A stretch of 64,000 nt of DNA from Octopus sinensis. Its lineage: Eukaryota. Under the pieces are notes generated by a model. It did not search any database and had not been told where the DNA came from. It saw only the letters and a program-made list of their open reading frames with translations. The DNA lies in contig NC_043015.1 of the NCBI RefSeq assembly GCF_006345805.1, positions 31,806,001 through 31,870,000 on the forward strand, written 5' to 3'. The translations under genes and the position numbers were made by a program. Position 1 is the first letter of the stretch. Each line of letters starts with the position of its first letter. Below are positions 40,080-52,884 of the stretch, in pieces.

Positions 40080-40452
40080 TGTCACACTAGCCATCATACC
40101 TCTACATCATGTACCATTAGCCATCGTGCAACTGCACCATGTGACTTTAGCCATTCAGCAGCTGCACCATGTGGCTTCAGCTATCTTAACCGCTACACAA
40201 TGTGATTTTTAGCTATTTTATTTGTACACAATATCATCCCAGCCATACTATACCTGTATACAGTCACCTTAGCCATTCTATGTCTGTAAACCATCACCTT
40301 AGCTATCCTGTCTCAACATTAGCCATGTATCTCTACATTACATTTTAGCTATTTTATTTCCTCACAATATCACCTTAGCCATACTATATCTCTACACTGT
40401 CACCTTAGCCATTCTATGTCTCCATGCTGTCACCTTAGCTGTCCTGTCTCGT
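40080..40452. repeat. Diverged ~30-bp minisatellite (caccttagccat core)
   Basis: About 13 units with tagc(c/t)at cores; all frames interrupted. Confidence 0.75.
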
Positions 40453-41568
40453 GTCTACATTACATCTCAGTAATCTTCCTCACCATAACGCCACCTTACC
40501 CAGTCCTCCTCCTCATGACATCATGTTGGCCGACCATAGCTATTCTATCTCAGACTGTGACCTATGCTCAACTAACATGTAGCCTTTAAAAAACAAAGGA
40601 AGAAGAAAAAACAGCACAACCCGTCCACCTCCCACTATATCCTCACCTCCACTATATCCTCAAACCGATCATGTTTATTATTACCACTACCACCCACACA
40701 TCACATAGAAAACACCCCAGCTGTCAAACTTGTTCAACAGCTTATCAAAAACTTATTTTATCCAACACCTTTATTTCCCCTGCCACCGCAAACATAACCT
40801 GAAAGTTATGTTATTTTAATTTTGATAATAAACGTTAATAATAAACCTCGTTTAATAGTCCTTAACTCTCTCTTTCTCTTTTAATGAAATAAAAATCATC
40901 AAATTTTCCTACTTCCTTTTGCTATATTCTCGACCAGTTAAGTTCACATCCTCCAGTCTTTCTCTCTTCATGTGCCAAGCACAAGCAATCACAGACATTC
41001 ACACCTTTTTGTTCCCCCCCACCCACAAGTTTGTGGGTTGGTTAATCTTTATTAAACCAGCTACTAAGTCCATCTTGTATCTTCTCTCACTATTTTTACC
41101 TAAACTACTTCTTCTTTTCAGCCTCCACACTCTGCTGTCTTTCATTGCCTTCTTGTCCTTAAGCTTCTTGTCTCTTTTATGTTGTTGGGAAGCCTTGCGT
41201 TGGTCTTTGCTTGTCTTAAAGACCTCAACGTTTGTCTCTCTACCTGCAAAGGGCATCATTAGCAATGCAGTTGTGATGTGGTTCCTTAGAAGAAAATCTA
41301 CTTTACAAACCCCTTTGTTGGACATCAACTCCTGAAGATTAGCTTTCAAAATCTAACAATAAACAAGAAAGTGTGTATGCATGCACATGTATACACACAT
41401 GCACACACACACACTGAAGGAACCTTTCTACAGGACTTCACTTAACCTGCTAAAAGTAGCAAACAATTTTCCTTTAGATTAAGTCTTAAAGGTGAGTTAG
41501 TAACAAAACGCACACCACACACTGCAATGACATACATATGACAGATCGTATCCCAACTTATACCATTT

Positions 41569-41972
41569 CTTTTACTCTTTTATTCTTTTAGTTGTTTCAG
41601 TAATTTGACTGTGGCCATGCTGGAGCACCGCCTTTAATTGAACAAATCGACCCCCTGGACTTATTCTTTGTAAGCCTAGTACTTATTCTATCGGTCTTTT
41701 TTGCTGAACTGCTAAGTTACGGGGACGTAAACACACCAGCATCGGTTGTCAAGCAATGCTAGGGGGACAAACACAGACACATAAACACATACACACACGC
41801 ACATATATATGACGGGCTTCTTTCAGTTTCCATCTACCAAATTCACTCACAAGGCTTTGGACGGCCCGAGGCTGTAGTAGAAGACACTTGCCCAAGTTGT
41901 CATGCAGTGGGACTGAACCCAGAACCATGTGGTTGTTAAGCAAGCTACTTACCACACAGCCACTCCTGCACC
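41569..41972 (-). mobile_element. CORE-like SINE family A
   Basis: Full-length copy. Confidence 0.8.
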
Positions 41973-43016
41973 TTTTGATAACTCTTGCAAGATCTCTAAA
42001 TACTGGCAGTTGATTTTACTGCCAGGAATGTTGCACAAGAAAATCCACAGACCCCAATCCTTGATATCTATATTACAACTTCTGACCCAAAATAACTGGG
42101 AATAAATGAATATAAAATTAAAAACAAAAACAAAAAACAATAAATAAATAAATAGACTGAATAAAAGATATAAGAATTCTATTCTGTAAACTTCAATGAG
42201 CTTTGAATAATATTGGATTGTGGACTGAGACTATTGACTAAAGTTGACCAGAGACAGCTTTGTGCATTCTGTCCCTACCCAAGTACTTATTCTATCAGTC
42301 TCTTTTGCTGAACTGCTAGGTTACTGGAATGTAAACACACAAACACCAGCTGTCAAGCAGTGGTGGGGACACACACATACACAAATATATATATACATAT
42401 ATACGACAGGCTTCTTTCAGTTTCTGTCTACCAAATCCACTCACAATTTTTTGGTTGGGTCTGAGGTTATAGTAGAAAACACTTGCTCAAGAGGCCATGC
42501 AGTGGAACTGAACCTGACTGATACGGGGTTGTTACCTTAAGGTTTTCTGAAGTATCTGACCAAGATACCTTATAATACTTTGAACTCCTTCTTCTTCACT
42601 TCAATTCATGACTCAGTGAAAAAAAAGGGAAAAAAAAAAACAATAAGATCCCTAACAATTTTAGTTATTGATTAGAAATTTAAATCTCTATTTATGTTCT
42701 CATGGAAAACATTTTACAAATAGAATCAATAAATGATGTTGAGTGAGAGAAAGAGAAAGAAAGGAGAGTGTAAAACTTTGCAAGTCCTTAGCAACAGAAA
42801 ATGTGTTGCTAAGGACCAGTGCTTGTCAGGTCACGATTGTGTAGTGGTATGGAGTGGTGTGGGTTTTCTTGAAAATAAACAGATTAACTCTAAGAAATCT
42901 CCACACCTACCACCATAATCCACTCCTCCTTAGCCGTGGTGTCAATCAAAGAGTGGAACCTCAAAATAGGTGAAAGCTGCTTGCTTTACTAAACAGAAAA
43001 CTTGTAAGACATTAAA

Positions 43017-43240
43017 CCTTTCGTTACCAACCCGGCTGAAACCGCTTCTGGCTCTGTAATACAAATATTTTGTTTTCATAAGTTTTGAATGAAATCTTCC
43101 ACCAAACCTTAGTCACAATTTATGTTCCTAACACTAGCTGAATGATAACCAAGTTATTTTACTAAATTCTTTGTTATATTTAATATTAATTGAAAGGAAC
43201 ACAAAGCATCTGAAAATAAATACAGTAATGAATGAAAGGG
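43017..43240. mobile_element. piggyBac-like MITE, second family
   Basis: TTAA at 43013-43016 and 43241-43244; body matches 14085-14306. Confidence 0.75.
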
Positions 43241-45184
43241 TTAATGTGGCCACTTCCAATTTGTTGGTGTGAAATGGCAGAAGGTTCAATGCCATATTAA
43301 GAAAGCTGGTCTACCATGAGTAAGATATTCAGGAAAGAAGATATTCCGATACCCTATTGCTAACAGCCAGGTGGGCTGAACAATAACAACTGGATTATTT
43401 TAGATTGATTTATGACATCTTGTTCAGTAATTTTGTCAAAACCCTGCCTGAGTCAGTCCACTTTAGCTTTTCATTTCCTCCTCTCTTGCTAAATAAACAA
43501 AAACACCCATGAGTCATTGTTGTAATTGTGCCAAACCAACCCCACAATGAACATAACAGATACTGAAACGCTAATCCAGGTCACAGTTCATGCTAGGTCT
43601 TGTGTTCCAACCATATATACCCATATATATACCCCGGCTCTGTCAAAGAGGTTTTAAAGAGAGTTCAGTGTTTTTTTTTTCTTTTGTCTTTTATCTTTTA
43701 CTTGTTTCAGTCATTAGATTGTGGCCATGCTGGAGCACTGCTTAGAAGAATTTTTAGTCAAACAAATCAACCCCAGTATCTATTTTTTTAAAGACTTATA
43801 CTTATTCTATTGTTCCCTTTTGCTGAACCACTTAGTCACAAGGATGCAAACACACTAACATCGGTTGTCAAATAGTGGTGGGGGACAAACACACACACAC
43901 ACACAATGACAGGCTTCATACAGTTTCCATTTACGAAATCCACTCACAAGGCTTTGGTCGACCCCAGGCTATAGTAGAAGACACTTGCCCAAGGTGCCAT
44001 GCAGAGGGACTGACCCCGGAACCATGTGGTTGGGAAGTAAGCTTCTTACCACACAGCTACACCTGGATATAAAATGAGTAGGTGAAAGCAATTATACAGA
44101 AACTCTTGACAACTCGTGTAAATACAAATAATATAAGGTGCAAAGATTAGAAAGAAATCCATTAAAGTGACTGAATGTTCCTCTCACAAACAAGGCCATA
44201 CTCCCAGTTAGAATTATTAATTGCTTCACCTTCCATCAAAAAGGTTGTGCGATCAAATTTTCTTAATGTTGGTCAGTAAAAGAACCAATAATAGAATAAT
44301 GTGCCTTGCTTAATAGAAGTGGATGCAGAGAGCAAGATTTGAACTCATGAATATGAAGTTCATGGCAGCACCATAATCTTGTATCTACCAAATTTTGGTA
44401 ACTTATAGATTAAAATCAAACACTACAACAATGAAAATATAAAAAGGTACTGCTTCATCAAAACCATAACAGTATGGTTTAACCTGCCTGAAGCCTCTAA
44501 ACAGTCAATATGCAAGAAATAGCAGTCATATCGCCCTCAAATTACACTCTTAAAAAAAAAAAAAAGATACATTGAACAATAGTCATTGATATAGGAAAAA
44601 AACGAAGGGGCGGGGATCATGGCTGGAACATCTTTTATCATAGGTCTGCTGGATTAGAGCTGATCTGAAGCAAAATGATATCAAAGTATTTGAAGAACTG
44701 ACTGAACGATTCTCCTTTTACCAAAATTCTGGCTACAGATTATCTCCCAACCATTATTTAAGAAGGGGAATAACTCTTACATAACTATTTAAACAACTTA
44801 AAAGTTTACGATTCTTGTGCAAAACCACATTGTGTTGTGAACACCTGTAAATAAATATAGACTAATTATTGTGCAAGATCATTATAATTTTCCGTCTTCA
44901 AGAGTCGCCAGAGCAAATTTTGTCTTTCGTCACTTCAGTGAAACAAAGTAGTTGTAATATAATAGAGTCATTCATAAGCAACACTGAAACTGGCTGAGAG
45001 CCACAAGGGTTTTTGCAGGGTAGGGGATATAGATCAGTGGTCCTCAACCGAGGTTCATATGACCCCTAGTCAAAGCAAAATAGTAAACTGAAGATCCACA
45101 GTTGTGGTGTTTTAAGGGTCCATGAAAAATTTTGATTTAGAATTTCTAGCAAGAAATAAGTTTCTTTCTCTAAAGTTATATATA

Positions 45185-45558
45185 GGCGCAGGAGTGGCTG
45201 TGTGGTAAGTAGCTTGTTTACCAGCCACATGGTTCCAGGTTCAGTCCCACTGCATGGCACCTTGGGCAAATGTCTTCTACTATAGCCTCAGGCCGACCAA
45301 AGCCTTGTGAGTGGATTTGGTAGATGGAAACTGAAAAGAAGCCCGTCGTATATATGTGTGTGTTTGCGTGTCTGTGTTTGTCCCCTCCCTGGTGTGTTTA
45401 TGTCCCCGTTACTTAGCGGTTCGGCAAAAGAGACCGATAGAATAAGTACTGGGCTTACAAAAGAATAAGTCCCGGGGTCGAGTTGCCCAATTAAAGGCGG
45501 TGCTCCAGCATGGCCGCAGTCAAATGACTGAAACAAGTAAAAGAGAAAAAGAGAGAGT
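45185..45558 (+). mobile_element. CORE-like SINE family A
   Basis: Starts ggcgcaggagtggctgtgtgg; ends aaaagag repeats. Confidence 0.85.
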
Positions 45559-45959
45559 ATAGTTTAATCTGTTTCTGGCCACTGAAACATGTTCTCCCCA
45601 AGAATTCTTGTGCAAAACGTTCACAAGTTAATGCATGGAAAACAAATAGGAATTTTGAAATAAGTATCTATAAAACCAGTTTTTAAACACCGAAAGGCTA
45701 AGGGGGGGTCCACCAGAATGAAATAGTAATGAAAGGGGTCCATAGATAAAAATTGGCTGAGAACTACTGGTATAAATGATTAGATGAACCCTACCACTTG
45801 ACTTCAACCCCAAAGAATACTGGAAAACAAAGTGAACGACAACTGGATTTGAACTCAGAATGTAACAGGCCATAGCTGAAAACCACAAAGTATTTTATTC
45901 TATGCTCTGCCGATTCTGCCAATCCAGTAATATACAAAGATTTACCAATGTGAAAAACA

Positions 45960-46760
45960 AGTCAGAGAGCTGGCAGGATGTTTAGAGTACAGGAGAGTTC
46001 AAATCTTGCCATGGTCAACTTTGTCTTTCATCCTCACCAGTCAAGTACTAGAGTCAATGGTACTGACCACCACCCCACTCCACTCACAACTGCTATCATT
46101 GTACCTAAATCAAAAACCATTATTACCATTATCATTATTATTATTGTGGCGACGTTCTGAGTTCAAATTCTGCTGAGGTCGACTTTGCCTTTCATCCTTT
46201 TGGGGTCAATAAATTAAGTACCAGCTGCATACTGGGGTCGATCTAATCGACTGGGGCCCCTCCCCCAAAATTTTGGGCCTTGTGTCTAGAATAGAAAAGA
46301 ATATTATTGTGGCGAGTCGGTAGAGTCGTTTGCACACTGGGCAAAATGCTTAGTGGCATTTTGTCCATCCTTACATTCTAGTTTCAAATTGCACCAAGGT
46401 TGACTTTGCCTTTCATCCTTTCGGAGTCAATAATTTAAGAAACAGTGAAACCCTGGGGTTGATGTAATCGACTAGTTCCCTCTCCCAAATTTAAGGCCTT
46501 GTGTCTATAGTAGAAAGGATCATCATCATCATCATCATCATTACAGTGGCAAGCTGGCAGAATTGTTAGCAAGCCAGGCAAAATGCCGCTAGGCATTTTG
46601 TTCATTTTTATGTTCTGTGTTCAAATTCTGCCAAGGTCGACTTAACCTTTCATCCTTTCGGGGTTGATAAAATAAGCACCAGTTGAGCACTGGAGTCAAC
46701 ATAATGGACTTACTCACCCCGAAATTACTGGCTTTGTGCCAAAATTTGGAACCAACATTT
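45960..46760 (+). mobile_element. Tandem cluster of about four older Meta-type SINEs with (att/cat)n tails
   Basis: Repeated gagttcaaat...gactttgcctttcatcc...ccttgtg(t/c)ct units separated by att/cat tracts; boundaries approximate. Confidence 0.7.
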
Positions 46761-47479
46761 ATTATTATTATGGAAGAATTTTGTATGTTTCAGATACATC
46801 AATTCAAAAAAACCAAATCAATCATCCAGCTCGGATTTCCATTTGGAATCAAATTTCACTTGTGTTGACAAATTTTAATTTCCCTTTAGCAAAAAACATA
46901 AAAATCATAAATCCAATTCTTATAATCAACACCACCATCACCAACCACTCCACTTCTTCCTTGAATATTTGTGATTTTATCAAAACATTAAAGCAATATA
47001 ACTACTTGGCTTTTTTCAGGAGATATTAAAAGAAATGAACACAGAAAAAGATTTTTTTCTTTTTCTGTGTTCATTTCTTGACCAATGTAGGTGCTGGCAT
47101 GTTCACATGTTTGAGCTTTTAATTTTTTTTTTTATAACTAAATGTCCTCCCTATCATCAACCAGTTTACTGAATGCATTTTATTGAGACATCAGCTCTAG
47201 AGAGTTTGTTATGTCCTTGATTGACAAGACTCAACCACATGCCTTCTTCAGCAATTTTATAAAGAGTACTGGATACATTTTATTACAGTGCCAGTATTAT
47301 TTGGAATTGCCTTGTACCTTGTAAAATGAAAGAGTTCCCATTACTCTACAATGTGTTTATTCACTCAAGGCAATGTAACAGAGAAGGCAGGTGGTAGAAG
47401 AGAGACTGTGATAACCAAAGAAAGACCAAAATGGGTGGATGAAAGGAATAAGACCACTACAAGGTTCAGTGCTTGTTGT

Positions 47480-47870
47480 AAAGTGGTGACTTGTGTGCCT
47501 CAATGGCCATGAGAGCTACGCCAGTGGAGCACAAACTCAGAGACTTCTATGCTAGACAGGTCAAAGGACAGAGGCCAGGTTAATATGGATCACCTCTTCA
47601 CAGAGGTAAAAAAAGGTTTGCATATTGCCAACACCCCAACCTGGAAAAAAAAAAACGCAATGTTACAGAAGCACCAATGACCATTCAAAACCAACAAGAG
47701 CTGGGAGAGGAGGGTCTTCTCTTAGGGAAACAAATTATGTGGAACAGCAAAATAAAAGCAGGGGTCCAACTGGAGAGAAGCAGAAAAGACAACCCAGAGT
47801 AAAGTGCAGTAGAGAAAAGTCACTGATGTCCTCCTATGCTCCATAGGGAGAAAAGGGTTTAACTAAGGAG
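47480..47870 (+). mobile_element. Decayed RTE-derived non-autonomous element
   Basis: RTE-like 5' motifs (gagagctacgccagtgg...gacaggtcaaagg...caacaccccaacctggaaaa) and 3' motif ctatgctccatagggag; no ORF. Confidence 0.45.
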
Positions 47871-48379
47871 CGGAGAACAAGAGTAAGATGGTAAAGAGTG
47901 ATTAGGATGAGAGAATGGTAAAGAGGAAGAGAAAGTGATGGGTAATAATGAAGGTGGACAGTGGTGTGAGTGATGGATATCAATTTATATTAAATCTTCA
48001 GCATTCAAACCAGCCACATCAGGTCCAAATATTCAACTGGGTTTTATATTTAAACTGGGCAGATGTGGCCTCTTGCACCTACCCAACAATATTATTATAA
48101 AAATAAGCAATTATGTCGTCAAAATCTCACAGGTACAAGATCAGGCATGATTGATATAAAACAGTGTGAATAAACAAACATTACATTTAACAGATTAATC
48201 CGAACACTTATTTTGTAAGTTTGTACACCAATCAAGTGAAAATATCTTTTCTTTCTTCTTCTACTAAAGACAACGCTATCAACTCCATGCCCCAATTAGA
48301 TGTACTGAATCCTTGTTTCAAAAGCCCTTCACTCACCACAGCATAATACTTTCCAAATTCTTCAAGCAACTGGTTGTTG

Positions 48380-48676
48380 TAGAGGCACATGGCCTAGTGG
48401 TTAGAGCAGTGGACTCGCGGTCGAGGGATTGCAGGTTCGAATCTCAGACCAGGCGATGTGTGTGTTTATGAGCGAAACACCCAAGCTCCACGCAGCTCCG
48501 GCAGAAGGTAATGGCGAAACTTCTGCTGACTCTTTCGGCACAACTTTCTCTCACTCTTTCCTCCTGCATCTTGCAGCTCACCTGCGACGGACCGGCGTCC
48601 CATCCAGGTGGGGAACCTATACGCCAGGGAAAGCGGCCCTTATGAGCCAGGTATGGCTCGAGAAGGAACAACCAAC
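48380..48676 (+). mobile_element. tRNA-derived SINE family C
   Basis: Same family as 21638-21944; 17-bp TSD caagcaactggttgttg at 48363-48379 and 48677-48693. Confidence 0.88.
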
Positions 48677-49300
48677 CAAGCAACTGGTTGTTGCCAATGT
48701 TGATCATCACCAGCGGTATCCCTTGGGTTCAAGAAATTATCCTTTCTTATATCTCGAGTAACACCTTCAAACTGGAATAGGATGTGATGTGGAGAAACCG
48801 TGGGAGTGGTTGCATGCATTTATAGCACTGGTACAAGATGACACACACTCAGTTATTTCACCCATCCCTCAATACCCACATCCTAACTGGAGTGGCACCC
48901 ACTCTCTGGGCCACACCTAGGTGCTAAAAATATAGCTCAAGCTCCAATTCACAAATTGATTAAAACAGAAATTAGTCACAACAACAACAAAAACAACAGC
49001 AGTAGCAGTAGTCGTGACAAAAACACCAAAAATATCAGTAACAACAACAGTAACAATAACATCAATATTTGTTCAAACCAAGTGGATAGTTTCAACAACA
49101 ACAACAACAAAATAAATCCATTCTGTCTTATTTAGTTAACAATAGCAATATATAGGTCACACACAGCAGAGACAAACACAACACAAAATGCATCTTAATG
49201 TTTAATATCTGGATCTGCCATTTACAAGGATTATTCCAGTTGTTTGACCAACTGGGCTAGCAACTGACTTATGTGTAAGTGGTTGAGTATTCCAAAGAAA

Positions 49301-49704
49301 CTCTTTACTCTTTTACTTGTTTCAGTCATTTGACTGCGGCCATGCTGGAGCACCACCTTTAATCGAGCAACTCGACCCCGGGACTTATTCTTTGTAAGCC
49401 CAGTACTTATTCTATCGGTCTCTTTTGCCGAACCGCTAAGTAACGAGGACATAAACACACCACCATCAGTTGTCAAGCAATGCTAGGGGGACAAACACAG
49501 ACACACAAACACACACACACATATATATATATACATATATACGACAGGCTTCTTTCAGTTTCTGTCTACCAAATCCACTCACAAGGCATTGGTCGGTGCG
49601 GGGCTATAGCAGAAGACACTTGCCCAAGATGCCACGCAGTGGGACTGAACCTGGAACCATGTGGTTGGTTAGCAAGCTACTTACCACACAGCCACTCCTG
49701 CGCC
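49301..49704 (-). mobile_element. CORE-like SINE family A
   Basis: Full-length copy. Confidence 0.85.
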
Positions 49705-50421
49705 TTGTACAGTTAATGTAATTCTCATGCAGTTTCAGTGTAATATTATAAGGGGTCAGGGTGAAAAACAATGATGGGCAGAATTCACTATTTTCTGAGA
49801 TTTGAACAGCCCTAAGGTTAAAGGTGTCCCAGCTACGACTATTCAGTCTGCAATTCGGACATGGCACATCTTGGAGTACATCATCCAATGTGATGGCCTT
49901 TACTCATTTTCACGGAGACAGGGTGTGAGTTGAGGAAGAACTGGCTGTTATTTCTAGCAGATTGGGTAATGATGTAGAGCAGTGCTTGTCAAACTTTTTG
50001 CTGGAGCGGAACCCCAAGGAAACATTCCACTGGCTCGAGGAACCCCTGTGCAATAATTTGATAGTCTTATGCACACATATCTGCACAGGAGACTTAAAAA
50101 TTACTGCCGATTTTAGCAGTTTTGTAACTTCTTGCGGAACCCCTGGACTGTGCTGGCGGAACCCTGATTGAAAACCACTGATGTAGAGGCTCTCTAATTA
50201 GCTCATTTTTCACCTTGATCCCTCAGTGTAAAGAGTGTGACAAAGCTGAACCTTTGAATTACAGTTGCAGTTGATCAAACAGGTTGTCACACAATTTTAC
50301 TCACAATACCTGAGTCAACCTGAGACTATGGTGGAAGAGACACTTGCTTAGTATGTCAGACTGTGATCAAACCAGAGGTCTTATGGTTGTGAAGTGAACT
50401 TTTTAACCACTAGGCCACACA

Positions 50422-50673
50422 TCATCATTATCATCATCATTGTTCGATCGTGGTTGAGACAATGGAATTTACCATGCTACGCCAGACTTCACGGTCCATC
50501 ATAGCATTACGGAGGTCCTGTTGCTGGATGCTTGTATCCCTGGAGATTACATCAGGGTAGGAGAGTGTGTGCCCTCTGGTATTGCGAGTAGATGGCTTCC
50601 AGAGGAGAAGAGTAGAAATTACTTCTTTTTCAGCTCTACAACAATGTCCAGCAAACTGGACTCTCCTACCTTT
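50422..50673 (-). mobile_element. RTE/RTEX-type LINE 3' end (same family as 8668-8989)
   Basis: KGRRVQFAGHCCRA...AMMDREVWR, (tga)n tail; 14-bp TSD cactaggccacaca at 50408-50421 and 50674-50687. Confidence 0.88.
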
Positions 50674-52499
50674 CACTAGGCCACACACACACACGCATAA
50701 TTTTCTGCACCACTACAACACATTAATGGTTCGTCTTTCCATCCCAGAACTACAACATTCTAATGTTTTAGAGAGACAAAAGAAAGGAAGATTGAACCCG
50801 GAACCATGTGGTTGGCAAGCTAGTTTCTTATCACATTCCATACAATGTTTACGCTGCACCAAGCACACTGGTCTGTCCTTGGCTCCGGGGATATATAAAT
50901 ATATCAGTTTTTCTATAGGTGTCTGGAGACATGGGTCGTGATAAGGGTCCCTTAATGATCCTTCTCACAACACAACATAGTTGAGAGAGAGAGAGTGGGG
51001 GAGAGAAAGTGGAGGTGAGGTCTGTTATATATTGTAAATATTTAAATGCACATGCAAATAACTTGTAGACGCAAATGCAAATACCGAACAACACAGAAAA
51101 CATGTAAGCATAGACACAAAGACAAACAAAGACAAACAAAAAGAAGAAGCAAACATCGACAAGTAACTAATAGAATAAAAAAACTATGCAAATAGTCCAC
51201 CAAAAGCGAATTCAAAAATACAGACACAGACTTCGTAAACACAAATACACGTGTCTCTAGATATACACAAACACCAGAACAGAGCCTCTCTCTCTCTCTG
51301 CCTGTCTGTGTGTCTCTCTGTGTGTCTGTCTCTCTCTTTCTCTCTGTGCATGTGTGTGTGTGTGTGTGCGTACACACTCACTCACACACCCTATATACAC
51401 ACACATTTAGCGACAGAAGAAGCAGTATTTAATACACACACACAAAATTACTCATCGTTGTTGTTTACAATAGTTAAACTGTCATATTGTAAGGTGGAGT
51501 GCGGGAAGGAGGAGGGAGAGGATTGGAGGAGGAGGAGGAGGAAGAGGAGACAGATGGTGAGAGAAAGAGAGAAGGGGAGGTGACAAAAAGTAGAAAGAAG
51601 AGAGAGAGGAAGAGAGAAGAAAATGTGAAAAGAAGAGAGAGAACAAAGACAAGTGAGGGGTGAACGGAAGAACAAAGACCGTGGTGGTAAGAGAACGAAG
51701 TAAGGAGAGATGTAGGGAGAGAGAGAACGAGAAGTAAAGGAAGTATGGGAGGGAGGGAGAGAGAGAAGTAAAGAAAGCAAAGGTAGTTATGGGTGGGAGA
51801 GAGAGAGAGAGAAGGAGTGATAAAACAGATGTTTTCTAACACAAAAGAATCTCTAACTTTATAAACAAGCTGAAATGACAGACTGTGTATCTCACCTATG
51901 TAATTATTACACGGAGGGTTGGAAAACTTCGATTCATTGAGATTATCCATGCAATTATTGGACAAATTCTCCCTCAGAAGTGTTTGAAAATTAAGAACAC
52001 CCAATCAAGAGAGATAACTCCAACGTAAATTTGGGGGTGGGGAGGCGGATGACTCACGTCTGAGTCATGTTTCAGATTTCAATACCTGCCAAACAAGGCT
52101 GCTATATGGTCGCTCCGATTGTTAGAAATAGCTGTCAGATTTACCTGAAATAACACCACTACAGCTTGCAGTAAAGGCAGGACACATCAGACAAGATGAT
52201 CCTTGATAATTATGAAAAGGAGGAAGGATATCGACGCCCAGGATGGACTGATCACAGACAGGTCCGCTGGAATCAGGATTGAGCTGGAGCTGAACAACAA
52301 CAAAAAACCGATTCTCTTTCAGCGACAATGAAGTGTCAGTTTATTTCATGGAACTGATCGGATTTCACAAAGCAGGGGAAGGATGGATGGATGGATGGAT
52401 ATGTTTCTTTATTAGCCACACAGGGCTGAACACAGAGGGGACAAAATACAAAGTAGAGCCTTTCTTTTTGGGGAGGAAAGAAAAAAAGTGGGGGTAGAA

Positions 52500-52717
52500 T
52501 TTAGATAGATAGATAGATAGACAGATAGGTAGATAGATAGACAGATAGATAGATAGGTAGAGAGATAGATAGATAGATAGATAGATAGACAGATAGATAG
52601 ATAGATAGATAGATAGACAGATAGATAGACAGACAGATAGATAGACAGACAGATAGATAGACAGACAGACAGACAGATAGATAGGTAGACAGATAGATAG
52701 GTAGACAGATAGATAGG

Positions 52718-52756
<39 letters not shown>

Positions 52757-52884
52757 GTAGGTAGGTAGATGGTAGACAGATAGGTAGACAGATAGATAGA
52801 CAGATAGATAGATAGATAGATAGATAGGTAGATAGATAGACAGATAGGTAGGTAGATAGACAGACAGATAGAGAGAGAGAGAGA
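52500..52884. repeat. (GATA/GACA/GGTA)n tetranucleotide array
   Basis: Direct inspection. Confidence 0.95.

Noticed and set aside
18662-47335. Several minus-strand AG|GT sites (near 18663, 41243, 47317) as recursive-splicing ratchet points
   Set aside because: None has a GTAAG/GTGAG-quality regenerated donor, and AG|GT is common by chance.
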